Part shown: positions 27,906 through 36,698 of the stretch, piece by piece
Layout of the letters: each line of letters begins with the position of its first letter
Position numbering within the stretch: position 1 is the first letter of the stretch
Virus record (IMG/VR): IMGVR_UViG_3300028048_000039
Span: 256,001-320,000 of that record
Origin: a virus
Lineage: Duplodnaviria; Caudoviricetes
Length of the DNA: 64,000 bases
Direction: 5' to 3' (one strand)
The notes under the pieces: model-generated
Told to the model about the DNA's origin: nothing
The model's input: only the letters and a program-made list of their open reading frames with translations
Database searches by the model: none
Translations under genes and position numbers: made by a program

Positions 27906-28274
27906 TTATTCATTTACTTCTTCTAAAACTCCCCATGAAATTAATGTATTAGCTGCAAGTGCGAGGCTAAATGTCCATTCAAAGTCACCTTCAGGGGCTG
28001 CATTGTCTAACAATGATAAAATGAGAAGTTTTACAAAATCATAGATAATCATATCATTTTGCGGATTTCCCTGCGTCTTTGTCTCATGTTCAACCTTAGA
28101 TGCCAATGCAAATTCACCGTTCTCCTGTGCCTCATAAGCTTGAGAGATTTCCATTTCACTAGTACCACCACTCTTTGAAGAACTAAGACAGATTTCCGTT
28201 AGTTTCTGAAGATTTAATGCATATTTCTTTCCTTTAAAAGAAATATATTTCTCGTTTTTGTTAAAAAGTTTCAT
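27906..28274 (-). CDS. hypothetical protein
   Basis: 122-aa ORF in the operon. Confidence 0.7.
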   Translation of the reverse strand: MKLFNKNEKYISFKGKKYALNLQKLTEICLSSSKSGGTSEMEISQAYEAQENGEFALASKVEHETKTQGNPQNDMIIYDFVKLLILSLLDNAAPEGDFEWTFSLALAANTLISWGVLEEVNE

Positions 28275-28867
28275 TTTTCAAATAGTTTTATTGTATTATC
28301 TTTATTCTTTAAGAATGAACTTAAACTCTTATAAGAATAATCAGCCTCAGCATCCTTATTATAATCAGTACTTATCTTAATTGCCGTCTTTCCCTCTGGC
28401 TTAATCGCTAATAAGTCTGGGTTTGCAGTAATTAGGATATCGCATTTATCCCAAATTGTCTTTGAATCTGTTGGAAGATAAACCTCTCTTATCTTAGTTC
28501 CTAATTTTGAAAGGAAAAAGTAAGTATTCCCAATTGATAGGCCATATTCCTTAGTTGATACAAATAACAACTCAATATCTTCGTCAGTATCAATGTCCTT
28601 GAGCGTCTGTTCAGTCCATTCATTAAGCTCGGTAGCCGTCTTCCTCGAACAAGTACCGCACTTTCCAAAGAGTTCAAACGCATAGTCAGCATATACAAAA
28701 TTATTATATGATGCTTCACTCTTAAATGGAAAAACAGCAGACATATCATTACTCCAAAACTCGAAGTCTGAGAGGTCAAATTCATGATTATAGCTTTCCA
28801 AATAATACTTTATGAAGTTATTTGAAAAATCCCTCACAACATCGTTTAAATCAATTGCTATTCTCAT
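28271..28867 (-). CDS. HAD-superfamily 5'(3')-nucleotidase-like protein (degenerate motifs)
   Basis: MRIAIDLNDVVRD motif I; CDILITAN in place of motif IV DD; ..YN.. tail. Confidence 0.7.
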   Translation of the reverse strand: MRIAIDLNDVVRDFSNNFIKYYLESYNHEFDLSDFEFWSNDMSAVFPFKSEASYNNFVYADYAFELFGKCGTCSRKTATELNEWTEQTLKDIDTDEDIELLFVSTKEYGLSIGNTYFFLSKLGTKIREVYLPTDSKTIWDKCDILITANPDLLAIKPEGKTAIKISTDYNKDAEADYSYKSLSSFLKNKDNTIKLFEK

Positions 28868-29855
28868 TTGTTATTTTCAGTATTGTTTTTTCAAAATTAT
28901 TTTTTTCTTCTTCTCTCTTCTGTCTTCTCATGAGAGTACCTAAGTCGATACCATCACGTTTAGGGGCCTCAGATTTATATTTTTCAGTTAATTCTTTCTT
29001 TTCAAACTTCTTAGGAATATAAGTTCCGTCCTCTACTATGTTACAATCAAATGTAATGACAAAATGCCCGTCAAACCTGTTAATACTTTCTGGCTTAATG
29101 TCATCATATACAAATCGGCAGAGGTCCTTACTGTTCCACGCCTTATAAGAAACCCATGACATTTCATCAAAGTTAATTATATCAGACCTGAAATTCTTGG
29201 TTTCCTCGATGGTATGGAGGTTAGAAATTAATATCGCATCAATTTTACCAAACTGGCTTGCCATGATTGGTAGGTAAAGGTCAACCTTAGCTCTCTTAGC
29301 CCCTTCTTCTTGTCTTACAACCATCTTGAGGACAAACTTCTCAATTTCAAACCTTGAAATAAAGCCATTTCTCTTAATTGTAAGCGTTGTGTCATAGTCA
29401 TAGAGTCCATTTGGCATCTCTGCATTGTAAATCATTGTATGTTTTGCAGTATCAAAGTTGTCCTGAATTGTCCTTACCGGGAGTTCATCTTCACCATAGA
29501 CTTTTATTCTCTTTTCAAAGTCTAACTTTGTTTTTTTCTTCATCTTCTTGTCAGCACCGATGAATTCTAATTCACCATCAGGACGTTCTACCATAGTAAT
29601 TGTTGAGGTATCTACATTCTTTGATTCTTCATAAACACGATAGTGCTTATCACGAACCTCTTCCACTTCTTGTGTTACCTTTTGCTCAAGCAAGTCATTC
29701 ATAACGCCCCCAGACCGTAGATTTTGGTTAATTTCAACGTCACTATCCTTTCTATCGGAAGTTCCATTAAAAATCTTATCTGCGGATATCATACCTTGGA
29801 AAAAGGAAAACCAGAGTAATGTAAAAAACCTCTTTATCTTACTTATTATCTTCAT
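28851..29855 (-). CDS. hypothetical protein with N-terminal hydrophobic anchor
   Basis: RFFTLLWFSFFQGM N-terminus. Confidence 0.7.
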   Translation of the reverse strand: MKIISKIKRFFTLLWFSFFQGMISADKIFNGTSDRKDSDVEINQNLRSGGVMNDLLEQKVTQEVEEVRDKHYRVYEESKNVDTSTITMVERPDGELEFIGADKKMKKKTKLDFEKRIKVYGEDELPVRTIQDNFDTAKHTMIYNAEMPNGLYDYDTTLTIKRNGFISRFEIEKFVLKMVVRQEEGAKRAKVDLYLPIMASQFGKIDAILISNLHTIEETKNFRSDIINFDEMSWVSYKAWNSKDLCRFVYDDIKPESINRFDGHFVITFDCNIVEDGTYIPKKFEKKELTEKYKSEAPKRDGIDLGTLMRRQKREEEKNNFEKTILKITNENSN

Positions 29856-30045
29856 CTATTACCTTATCAAGTTCTTTTTCAAGCTTATTTAAGATTTCTG
29901 AATAAAATTTGTTATATTTTTCAAACTTCTTATTAAGTTCACTATCTTCCTTAATGGTCCAGTCATAGTTTCTTAATGACCTTTCATATTTCTGGCAAAC
30001 AATTCTCGCTGCCTTCTCTTGTTTCAATAATTCTTCTAACTTCAT
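29839..30045 (-). CDS. small hypothetical protein
   Basis: 68-aa first gene of the operon. Confidence 0.6.
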   Translation of the reverse strand: MKLEELLKQEKAARIVCQKYERSLRNYDWTIKEDSELNKKFEKYNKFYSEILNKLEKELDKVIDEDNK

Positions 30046-30059
30046 GATTTTTTATTAAA

Positions 30060-30088
30060 AAAATAAATGCGGATAAATAAAAAGTCAA
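30060..30088 (-). promoter_or_regulatory. early/middle-type promoter of glycosyltransferase-sigma operon
   Basis: TTGACT-N17-TATTTT. Confidence 0.5.
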
Positions 30089-30097
30089 GATTTTATA

Positions 30098-30105
30098 CTA
30101 TTTAT
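30098..30105 (+). promoter_or_regulatory. late promoter motif CTATTTAT
   Basis: Recurrent intergenic motif. Confidence 0.7.
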
Positions 30106-30125
30106 AAAAAAGTATTTTTTAAAAG

Positions 30126-30587
30126 ATGTTAATTTCAGAAGAAAAGTTAAAAAATATAATAGCTGAGAGTATTGCTGAGGAGTTGGACGAGTCACTTTTT
30201 ACACAAAAACTTGGTGGTGCAATTAGAAAAGGTGTAAATTGGGCTGGAAATGCCTATAATAAGACAAAAAACTTCTTAAGGAATGGATATAATGACTTTA
30301 AGAAGGGTTATGGTGTTCAACAAAACACGCAAAGACATACTAATGCTACACCTCAGCAGCAACAAACAGTTGATTTAAGTAAGCCACATCAGTTGCCAAA
30401 CTTGCTTCAAAACCCAGTTGTCAAGAGACAGAGGACACGTAAGCAGCAGCCAGCACAGCAGACACAACAAAACCAAAACACCCAGCAACCACAGCAGCCA
30501 ATACAGCAAGGACCAACATTTACTAATCAAAACGATAATAAAAACTTTGGTGGCGGTTATGGAATGGATTATGGTACTGAAGAATAA
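30126..30587 (+). CDS. Gln-rich protein with cargo-like leader
   Basis: MLISEEKLKNIIAESIAEELDES followed by a Q/P/T low-complexity region. Confidence 0.75.
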   Translation: MLISEEKLKNIIAESIAEELDESLFTQKLGGAIRKGVNWAGNAYNKTKNFLRNGYNDFKKGYGVQQNTQRHTNATPQQQQTVDLSKPHQLPNLLQNPVVKRQRTRKQQPAQQTQQNQNTQQPQQPIQQGPTFTNQNDNKNFGGGYGMDYGTEE

Positions 30588-30605
30588 TTTTTTTAACTTA
30601 TTAAA

Positions 30606-30613
30606 CTATTTAT
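30606..30613 (+). promoter_or_regulatory. late promoter motif CTATTTAT
   Basis: Recurrent intergenic motif. Confidence 0.7.
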
Positions 30614-30639
30614 TAACAGTAAAAAAAAAACAATGTATT

Positions 30640-30792
30640 ATGGCAAGTTCAAGGAAAGGGAGTTCTGCAGCTAAACGAGTAACATCTGTTAAACAAGTTG
30701 TTAAAAGACCATTAGCAACTAGGACCGCTGCTACAAAGAAACCACAACAAAGGAGGGTCACAAAGAGAATAATCTATAAGAGGTATATTTAA
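30640..30792 (+). CDS. small highly basic protein (50 aa)
   Basis: MASSRKGSSAAKRVTSVKQVVKRPLATRTAATKKPQQRRVTKRIIYKRYI; own late motif and terminator. Confidence 0.7.
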   Translation: MASSRKGSSAAKRVTSVKQVVKRPLATRTAATKKPQQRRVTKRIIYKRYI

Positions 30793-30795
30793 GAA

Positions 30796-30824
30796 ATAAG
30801 GCGCAAATTCTGCGCCTTATTCTT
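30796..30824. terminator. bidirectional terminator
   Basis: aataaggcgca-aattc-tgcgccttatt. Confidence 0.75.
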
Positions 30825-31146
30825 TATGTATATCTATTCTAATCCTCGCCATTACAGGCTCGGCATCTTTCTTGACCTCTTCTATAAATAATTCACTCGG
30901 TAATTCAAAGGAAAAAGCTCTTGGCGGGCAATGCCAACTAACTGAATCCTTTTCCGTTGGCTTCTCGGTATATAAGGCAAGGCCAACCTCATCCCTAGCG
31001 AGGTAGCAAAAGTCCATAGTAGCTGATTTGACATTTTCTCCATCGTCTTGAAGCGCTAACAACTCAGCTAGCTCCTGTTTGCTTTTCCTAAGGTACATAT
31101 TTACCTTATCATTAAATGTCTGTGGAACTTCAGTATAATAATTCAT
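30817..31146 (-). CDS. hypothetical protein
   Basis: 109-aa ORF coupled to the upstream gene. Confidence 0.65.
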   Translation of the reverse strand: MNYYTEVPQTFNDKVNMYLRKSKQELAELLALQDDGENVKSATMDFCYLARDEVGLALYTEKPTEKDSVSWHCPPRAFSFELPSELFIEEVKKDAEPVMARIRIDIHKE

Positions 31147-31736
31147 TATTCAGCGGCTTTAATTTTCTTATATTTTTCCTTTTCAATGGCGTATGCAAGT
31201 TCATTTGCCTGACGAATAATGGTCGTTATGATGTTCTTGAACCCATTCTTCGTGACATCTTCTTGTTCATCGAGAGCCTTTACTGCCTCAAATTCAATTG
31301 GAGTAATCTTAACACCATTATTTAATGCTTCAAGGAGGCTTCTCTCACCACCCTTAAGTACTCCTTCGTTTTTGTCGTTAAACTTGAATAACAATCCACG
31401 GTTATTAGCTTCCCATTCATTGTCATTTTCAACAAACATAAAACGTTTTGAGAGGTGAATGATACAACAGCATTTCAATAATGTTGGGATGTCAATGTCA
31501 AATGTTCCAGAAATCATCTTCGCCATCCTCTGTGCAATGGCAATAAACATATTGATATGCATTAGGAGAGCGCCCTTGTACGCAACACCAGAGTCTTCGT
31601 TTAAACCACAAGGAGCGTTGGTAAGCTCTTCTCTAAGCTTATCAACATCATAAAATTTATCCAGCCCAACGCTTTCAAAAGTTTTATAAAATTTGACCCA
31701 TTCGTTAATGGCTACTTCTTCTGTTAATTTTCTCAT
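31146..31736 (-). CDS. HD-domain-like protein with lost metal ligands
   Basis: AYKGALLMH...IIHLSK...GGERSL...IRQANE versus canonical H..GGL..H / HDLGK / HGERS / HQAD. Confidence 0.65.
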   Translation of the reverse strand: MRKLTEEVAINEWVKFYKTFESVGLDKFYDVDKLREELTNAPCGLNEDSGVAYKGALLMHINMFIAIAQRMAKMISGTFDIDIPTLLKCCCIIHLSKRFMFVENDNEWEANNRGLLFKFNDKNEGVLKGGERSLLEALNNGVKITPIEFEAVKALDEQEDVTKNGFKNIITTIIRQANELAYAIEKEKYKKIKAAE

Positions 31737-31765
31737 ATCTTCACGTTTTTTCCCAATTCGATAGC

Positions 31766-31794
31766 AATATATAAAAAAAATACTAGAAAAACAA
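31766..31794 (-). promoter_or_regulatory. early/middle-type promoter
   Basis: TTGTTT-N17-TATATT. Confidence 0.5.
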
Positions 31795-31804
31795 ACTTTT
31801 AAGA

Positions 31805-31812
31805 CTATTTAT
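31805..31812 (+). promoter_or_regulatory. late promoter motif CTATTTAT
   Basis: Recurrent intergenic motif. Confidence 0.7.
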
Positions 31813-31833
31813 GTAGAAAAATAGGCCTAAGAG

Positions 31834-33924
31834 ATGAGAGTTGCAATAAATGAAAACGACATAAGACGAATGGTGAGTGAGTGTGTGAGATTATTGACTG
31901 AAGACAGAGAAGGAAAGAATATAAATCTTGCAAGAAAGTTCCTTGAAACGAGGGGTATTGATGACTTAGAGAGAAGACAAGAGATACTTGATGATGTTCG
32001 TAGGGCAATACCTAACTCAAGGTTGGCAAAGTGTAAATTCTTACTTGGCGTCACAAGGATGTATGTCGATAAAGAATTAAATGCTAGAGTTAAGGATAGA
32101 TTAAATCAGACACTTGAAATTATTGCGTCAGATGCACACGTTAATGAATATGACAGTAACCTCAATGGTGAGAAAGCAATAACACTTATAGATAGGTTTA
32201 GCACTGCAATAGCTAGTGAACTTTCAAAGGCAAAGGCAGCTTCAGATGCCCAGGAGAGAGTTAGAAATGAAAATTATAGGATAATTCCAATAGATACCCC
32301 ACAGGCTGCCGCTCAATACGGGAAGTACACCAGTTGGTGTGTTACTCATAGTAGTAGTATGTATAATCATTATACAAAGGAAGGCCTTGGACGTTTCTAC
32401 TTCTGCCTCAGGAATGGTTTTGAAAGAGAACCAGAAGTTAAGGGTGATGGGTGTCCACTTGATAGTTATGGATTGTCAATGATTGCTGTATCAGTTAATT
32501 CTGATGGTTCTGTTAACACAATTACTTGTCGCTGGAATCATGCCAATGGTGGAAACGACAATATAATGAAGGTCGGGCAACTTGAGGACCTTCTTGGTGT
32601 AAACTTCTATAAGACATTTGTACCTTATAGTAGCCAAGAACTTCGTCAAAAGGGAGTAATTCCACTCGAAGAAATACAACAAGAACTAGATAATGGTGCT
32701 GACCCTAATAGTCTTTTCAAGTCTATTTCTAATTTTACTAATGGATATGCTGTTGTTGAAACAAGAAGTAGTCGTAAATACAACTTCATGTCAAAAGATA
32801 AGAAGATTCTATTTCCTGACAGGTGGTTTGATTACGCTACCGCATTTAAGAAGGGACTATCAAAGGTTACTATTAATTGGAGACGTAATATAATATCTAA
32901 GGAAGGGAAGTGTTTCATAGGTGATTTCAATGATATTGATACCTGGCCAAGAGAAATTTACGGCTTCCATGAGGGATTTGCTAGAATAACTTTCTACGGG
33001 CAAGAAGAATATGGTTGGAAGGAAAATTATGTAAATGAAAAGGGGAAACTCTTATATGGCACATTTGATGATAAGAAAGACTGGTTTGACACCGCAAGAA
33101 CATTCTCAGGCGGTTTGGGTAAGGTTAGGAAGAAAAATAAGTACAACTTCATAAAACCTAATGGTAAGTTTTTACTTAAAGTTTGGGTGAACACATACCA
33201 GAAACTTTATGTTGGTAGTAACAAGTATAATGCACTTATAAAGGTAGGAAGTAAGGGTAATATTCTCACCAGTGATAATAAAATGGTATTTAAGAATTGG
33301 TTTGATGGTTTAAAGAAAATAAGCTATATAGAACCAGGCCAATGGTCCAGAACACAAGGTCTGATAATTAAGACAAAGGGAAAGATGAATATTTTTTATC
33401 CTGCAACCGAAAGTTTTCTCTTTGGGAATAAGAAGATTAGTACTTGGCCAAAGGACATAAAATATGTTGATGATGCAAATAGTTACTGGGGTGATAGAGT
33501 AATTATTGGTGTTCGTCAAACTGATAGAGATAAATATAAATTAATATCCTTAAAAGATAAAAAAGAATGCCCTTACCTTGTTGATAATTTTGAAAAAATT
33601 AATAATTATTTTTACTTTGTAACAAAGGATGGTGTCAAAAATATAATGCGTAAAAGCGATTTTCATATTGAACTAGATAGGTGGGTTGATAGTAAAAGCA
33701 TTATAGCAATAAAAACTTGGTGGCGTGAATACTTGTTTATAAAAAATGGGGATGTTTTTGACCTTTTTGAAATCTCTAGTAATAAGCTAACAAAACCTTT
33801 GGATAATATTTCTGAAATAGAAAAAATAGAAGATGGAGAAGGAAGGGGAGATATTGCAAGAATAAAGTATAAAGATGTGGATGGCTATTATTATCTAGAT
33901 TATAGAGGTAATATACATAGATAA
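31834..33924 (+). CDS. Cys/RWNH-domain family paralog 3 with WG-like beta repeats
   Basis: Leader INENDIRRMVSECVRLLTE; SWCVT...DSYGLSMIAV...TCRWNH; F.NGYAVV...YNF repeats. Confidence 0.8.
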   Translation: MRVAINENDIRRMVSECVRLLTEDREGKNINLARKFLETRGIDDLERRQEILDDVRRAIPNSRLAKCKFLLGVTRMYVDKELNARVKDRLNQTLEIIASDAHVNEYDSNLNGEKAITLIDRFSTAIASELSKAKAASDAQERVRNENYRIIPIDTPQAAAQYGKYTSWCVTHSSSMYNHYTKEGLGRFYFCLRNGFEREPEVKGDGCPLDSYGLSMIAVSVNSDGSVNTITCRWNHANGGNDNIMKVGQLEDLLGVNFYKTFVPYSSQELRQKGVIPLEEIQQELDNGADPNSLFKSISNFTNGYAVVETRSSRKYNFMSKDKKILFPDRWFDYATAFKKGLSKVTINWRRNIISKEGKCFIGDFNDIDTWPREIYGFHEGFARITFYGQEEYGWKENYVNEKGKLLYGTFDDKKDWFDTARTFSGGLGKVRKKNKYNFIKPNGKFLLKVWVNTYQKLYVGSNKYNALIKVGSKGNILTSDNKMVFKNWFDGLKKISYIEPGQWSRTQGLIIKTKGKMNIFYPATESFLFGNKKISTWPKDIKYVDDANSYWGDRVIIGVRQTDRDKYKLISLKDKKECPYLVDNFEKINNYFYFVTKDGVKNIMRKSDFHIELDRWVDSKSIIAIKTWWREYLFIKNGDVFDLFEISSNKLTKPLDNISEIEKIEDGEGRGDIARIKYKDVDGYYYLDYRGNIHR

Positions 33925-33959
33925 TAAAAAAGGTGAGATTAATTCTCACCTTTTTTATT
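33922..33959. terminator. bidirectional terminator
   Basis: taataaaaaaggtgag-attaatt-ctcaccttttttatta. Confidence 0.8.
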
Positions 33960-35180
33960 AATTTCTTTATACCACTCAGCCCTTCGCTTAGTGACGTTCC
34001 TGATATCATACTTATCTTTAACTGTTTCATAAAGATTATCTGTCATCATTTTAACATATTCAGGATGTTCAACAAGCTTCTTAATTGCTTGTGCCCAGGC
34101 TTTATGCTTTTTAGATGGGTCAATTAACATACAATTTCCTTCAGGGTCAATCTCCCCGCCAAACTTAATGAGCGGCTTTGTTCCAATTGTATATGGGCCA
34201 AACTTAGTACAAATAACGGCAGTCTTAGTAAATCCACCTTCAATGAGTTTCAATTCAGACTTGACCTCGTTAAAACTATTACACTCAAGTGGGGCAAAGA
34301 GAACATCAAGGTTACGATAATGCATTGCAAAGTCTGAAACGTCCTTAGTCCATTCCCTCCTGTATGGTTCATCTTCAACCATAGGCCATTGAACACCTTT
34401 CATAAACTTCATAAGGAAGTCCTTATACATAGGGGAACAAATCTTGTAATTATCGGTACAAGTCTTTTCATAGGAATACCAAACTGACTCCTCTGGCTTA
34501 ATTGGCCTCTGTCCAGTCATCTTTCCGTCCTTTCCAATAATATTTACCGTACCTCTAAGGTCATAACCACAAAGTACAATCTGAATTTTATCTAGGATGT
34601 CCTTTCCAAGTACATTTACAACACCCTTGAATTGTTCCATATCCTTTTCGTGAGCACTTCCCATAACGAAACCAAAGCGGAGGCGCTTAGACGGGTTCTT
34701 TGTTGGTTGATACTGTTCCTCAGTAGGGTCAATAGCATTTTCAAAAACAAAGACATTTTGATTATACTTCCTTATCTTCTCGGCAAAAATTGGGGTTGTT
34801 GTTGTTACATAGTCAAACCTCTTTATATTCTCAATTATCTTTTCTGGAATACCAAGCGACTTATTTGTAAGATAAAGTGGGTGCTGAGGACCAACATCCC
34901 AATTATCATCGAGGTCAAGAACTGTGGTTATATTGTTTTTCTTGCAATAATCAAGAAATGCCCAAAAGATATTCATATTAGTACAAAGTCCCTTATGAAC
35001 GTGAATGATATTATATTTATCAAATGAATGAAAGTCCCCCCAATTTGGAGAATAATTGATTTCAACATCAAATTCATCGTGAAATTCCTTATCAAGATGC
35101 ACATGAGGGCTTACAGAACGATATAAGCCTACACCGAAACGGTCACTTGGCACCACTAAAACACTAATCTTTTCTGCCAT
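33939..35180 (-). CDS. GT-B (GT4-like) glycosyltransferase
   Basis: GVGLYRS..PH, DLDDNW, VTTTTP, FENAID, APLE..FNEVKSELKLIEGG. Confidence 0.85.
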   Translation of the reverse strand: MAEKISVLVVPSDRFGVGLYRSVSPHVHLDKEFHDEFDVEINYSPNWGDFHSFDKYNIIHVHKGLCTNMNIFWAFLDYCKKNNITTVLDLDDNWDVGPQHPLYLTNKSLGIPEKIIENIKRFDYVTTTTPIFAEKIRKYNQNVFVFENAIDPTEEQYQPTKNPSKRLRFGFVMGSAHEKDMEQFKGVVNVLGKDILDKIQIVLCGYDLRGTVNIIGKDGKMTGQRPIKPEESVWYSYEKTCTDNYKICSPMYKDFLMKFMKGVQWPMVEDEPYRREWTKDVSDFAMHYRNLDVLFAPLECNSFNEVKSELKLIEGGFTKTAVICTKFGPYTIGTKPLIKFGGEIDPEGNCMLIDPSKKHKAWAQAIKKLVEHPEYVKMMTDNLYETVKDKYDIRNVTKRRAEWYKEINKKGEN

Positions 35181-35267
35181 ATTATCTAATTTTTATAAAA
35201 TAATTTTCTTTATGAAGAAGATATACTCATTTTTAGAAAAAGTAAAGAGAAAAATCTATTTAATAAA

Positions 35268-35275
35268 CTATTTAT
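35268..35275 (+). promoter_or_regulatory. late promoter motif CTATTTAT
   Basis: Recurrent intergenic motif. Confidence 0.7.
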
Positions 35276-35296
35276 ATGAAAAAATAGGGTTTTATT

Positions 35297-35668
35297 ATGA
35301 AAAAAGAGTATATAGATTTCGTTTGTGCCTTGCATGGATACCTTATTAGGTCAAAGGAAATACATTGGAACACAAATTCTAATGCAGAGCACCTATTATC
35401 TGATGACTTCCATGCTGACCTCCTTGAATGTGAGGATAAGTTTATGGAATGCTGTATGGGTATGGAGGGAAAACATTTTCAGTTAGGCAAATTACTTCCA
35501 ATGGTACCTAATGCTGAAGCGTTTATACCAATGTTGAAAGAATTGGAACGTGATATTCTTGATATGAAGAAGAAATGTACTGCACCAACTGATGGTGGCC
35601 TTAACAATATCCTTGATGATATGTTAGAGTGTGTTAATAAGTACAAATATAGAGCAACACAGAAGTAA
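35297..35668 (+). CDS. ferritin/Dps-like four-helix protein (DUF5856-like)
   Basis: KEIHWNT.S.AEH...D......D.F.E..MG ferroxidase-type pattern. Confidence 0.7.
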   Translation: MKKEYIDFVCALHGYLIRSKEIHWNTNSNAEHLLSDDFHADLLECEDKFMECCMGMEGKHFQLGKLLPMVPNAEAFIPMLKELERDILDMKKKCTAPTDGGLNNILDDMLECVNKYKYRATQK

Positions 35669-35669
35669 T

Positions 35670-36317
35670 ATGAGGAAAACTCTAATTATAACAGAAAAAC
35701 AGCTTGATGAAATATGTGGCGGTAACGGTGCATACCTAGATAATCTTGCTATAAAGCCAGATGTTGGCGGTGACTTTGCTAATAAAGTTACTACTGGTGG
35801 TGAGAATAAGGAAGGCTATTCAAAACCACTTACTGGCGACGACTTTGTTAAGGATGTTGGTGCTGCTAATAACTGGAGGTTATACACTAGAAGTACATTA
35901 AACCGTGGACCTATGGCTGGAACAATGTCCCCTGCGGTATGCGAAATGACAAAGCGTGAGTGGGAAGAGAAAATTTTAGAGGCCCATGGAAACAAGAGAC
36001 TAAATGATAGAACATTTGATGGCCAAAGTTATGGCGCAGCAACAGTTGCTAAGTGTAGAATGAATAAAGCCATTAAAAAAACGGCTTCACTGGACCCAGA
36101 AACCAGAAAAGAGGGATTAAGGACACTTAGTAAAATGAAGACAAATGGTGTTAAAAACCTTGAAGCCGCACAGGGTCTTGATAAAATCATACAAGATAAT
36201 AAGCCAGAGGGTGAAAAGATAACCTCAGCACCTAAGACATATGGAAATAATGGTGCTCATAGTAAGAAGACTCCAGGTGTATTCCTGAACGAGCATAAAA
36301 AGAATAAAATAAAATAA
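35670..36317 (+). CDS. hypothetical protein with short cargo-like leader
   Basis: Start reset to MRKTLIITEKQLDEI. Confidence 0.7.
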   Translation: MRKTLIITEKQLDEICGGNGAYLDNLAIKPDVGGDFANKVTTGGENKEGYSKPLTGDDFVKDVGAANNWRLYTRSTLNRGPMAGTMSPAVCEMTKREWEEKILEAHGNKRLNDRTFDGQSYGAATVAKCRMNKAIKKTASLDPETRKEGLRTLSKMKTNGVKNLEAAQGLDKIIQDNKPEGEKITSAPKTYGNNGAHSKKTPGVFLNEHKKNKIK

Positions 36318-36329
36318 AAACAATATATT

Positions 36330-36698
36330 ATGCAAACTTGTCTAGAGAAAAAAGGTATTGAAGCAAGAAATGAAACTATCGTAAGAAATGATTATCTTAA
36401 AACAGATGAATATTCTGCAACACACCCAGATGCATTAAGTGATGGTGACCCTCAGGGTAAGGGTACTGGCCATGGTGGTCATACTTGGTCTACTCCTGAT
36501 TGTACCCGTCCTACCGGTATCAGTTATGCAAACTTTGATACTGAAAATGGTGGTGGTCTGTATGACATCGAAGGAAGAAATGGCATTGGTGGACGTAATT
36601 TCCTCATGAACATTTCAGTTTATAATAAAAATAAGGAGTATGGCCCAAACTTAGTTGATACTGCACTTAACGTAGCTGATGGTCAGATTAGGATTTAA
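36330..36698 (+). CDS. hypothetical probable virion protein
   Basis: Gly-rich HPDALSDGDPQGKGTG; late operon. Confidence 0.65.
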   Translation: MQTCLEKKGIEARNETIVRNDYLKTDEYSATHPDALSDGDPQGKGTGHGGHTWSTPDCTRPTGISYANFDTENGGGLYDIEGRNGIGGRNFLMNISVYNKNKEYGPNLVDTALNVADGQIRI

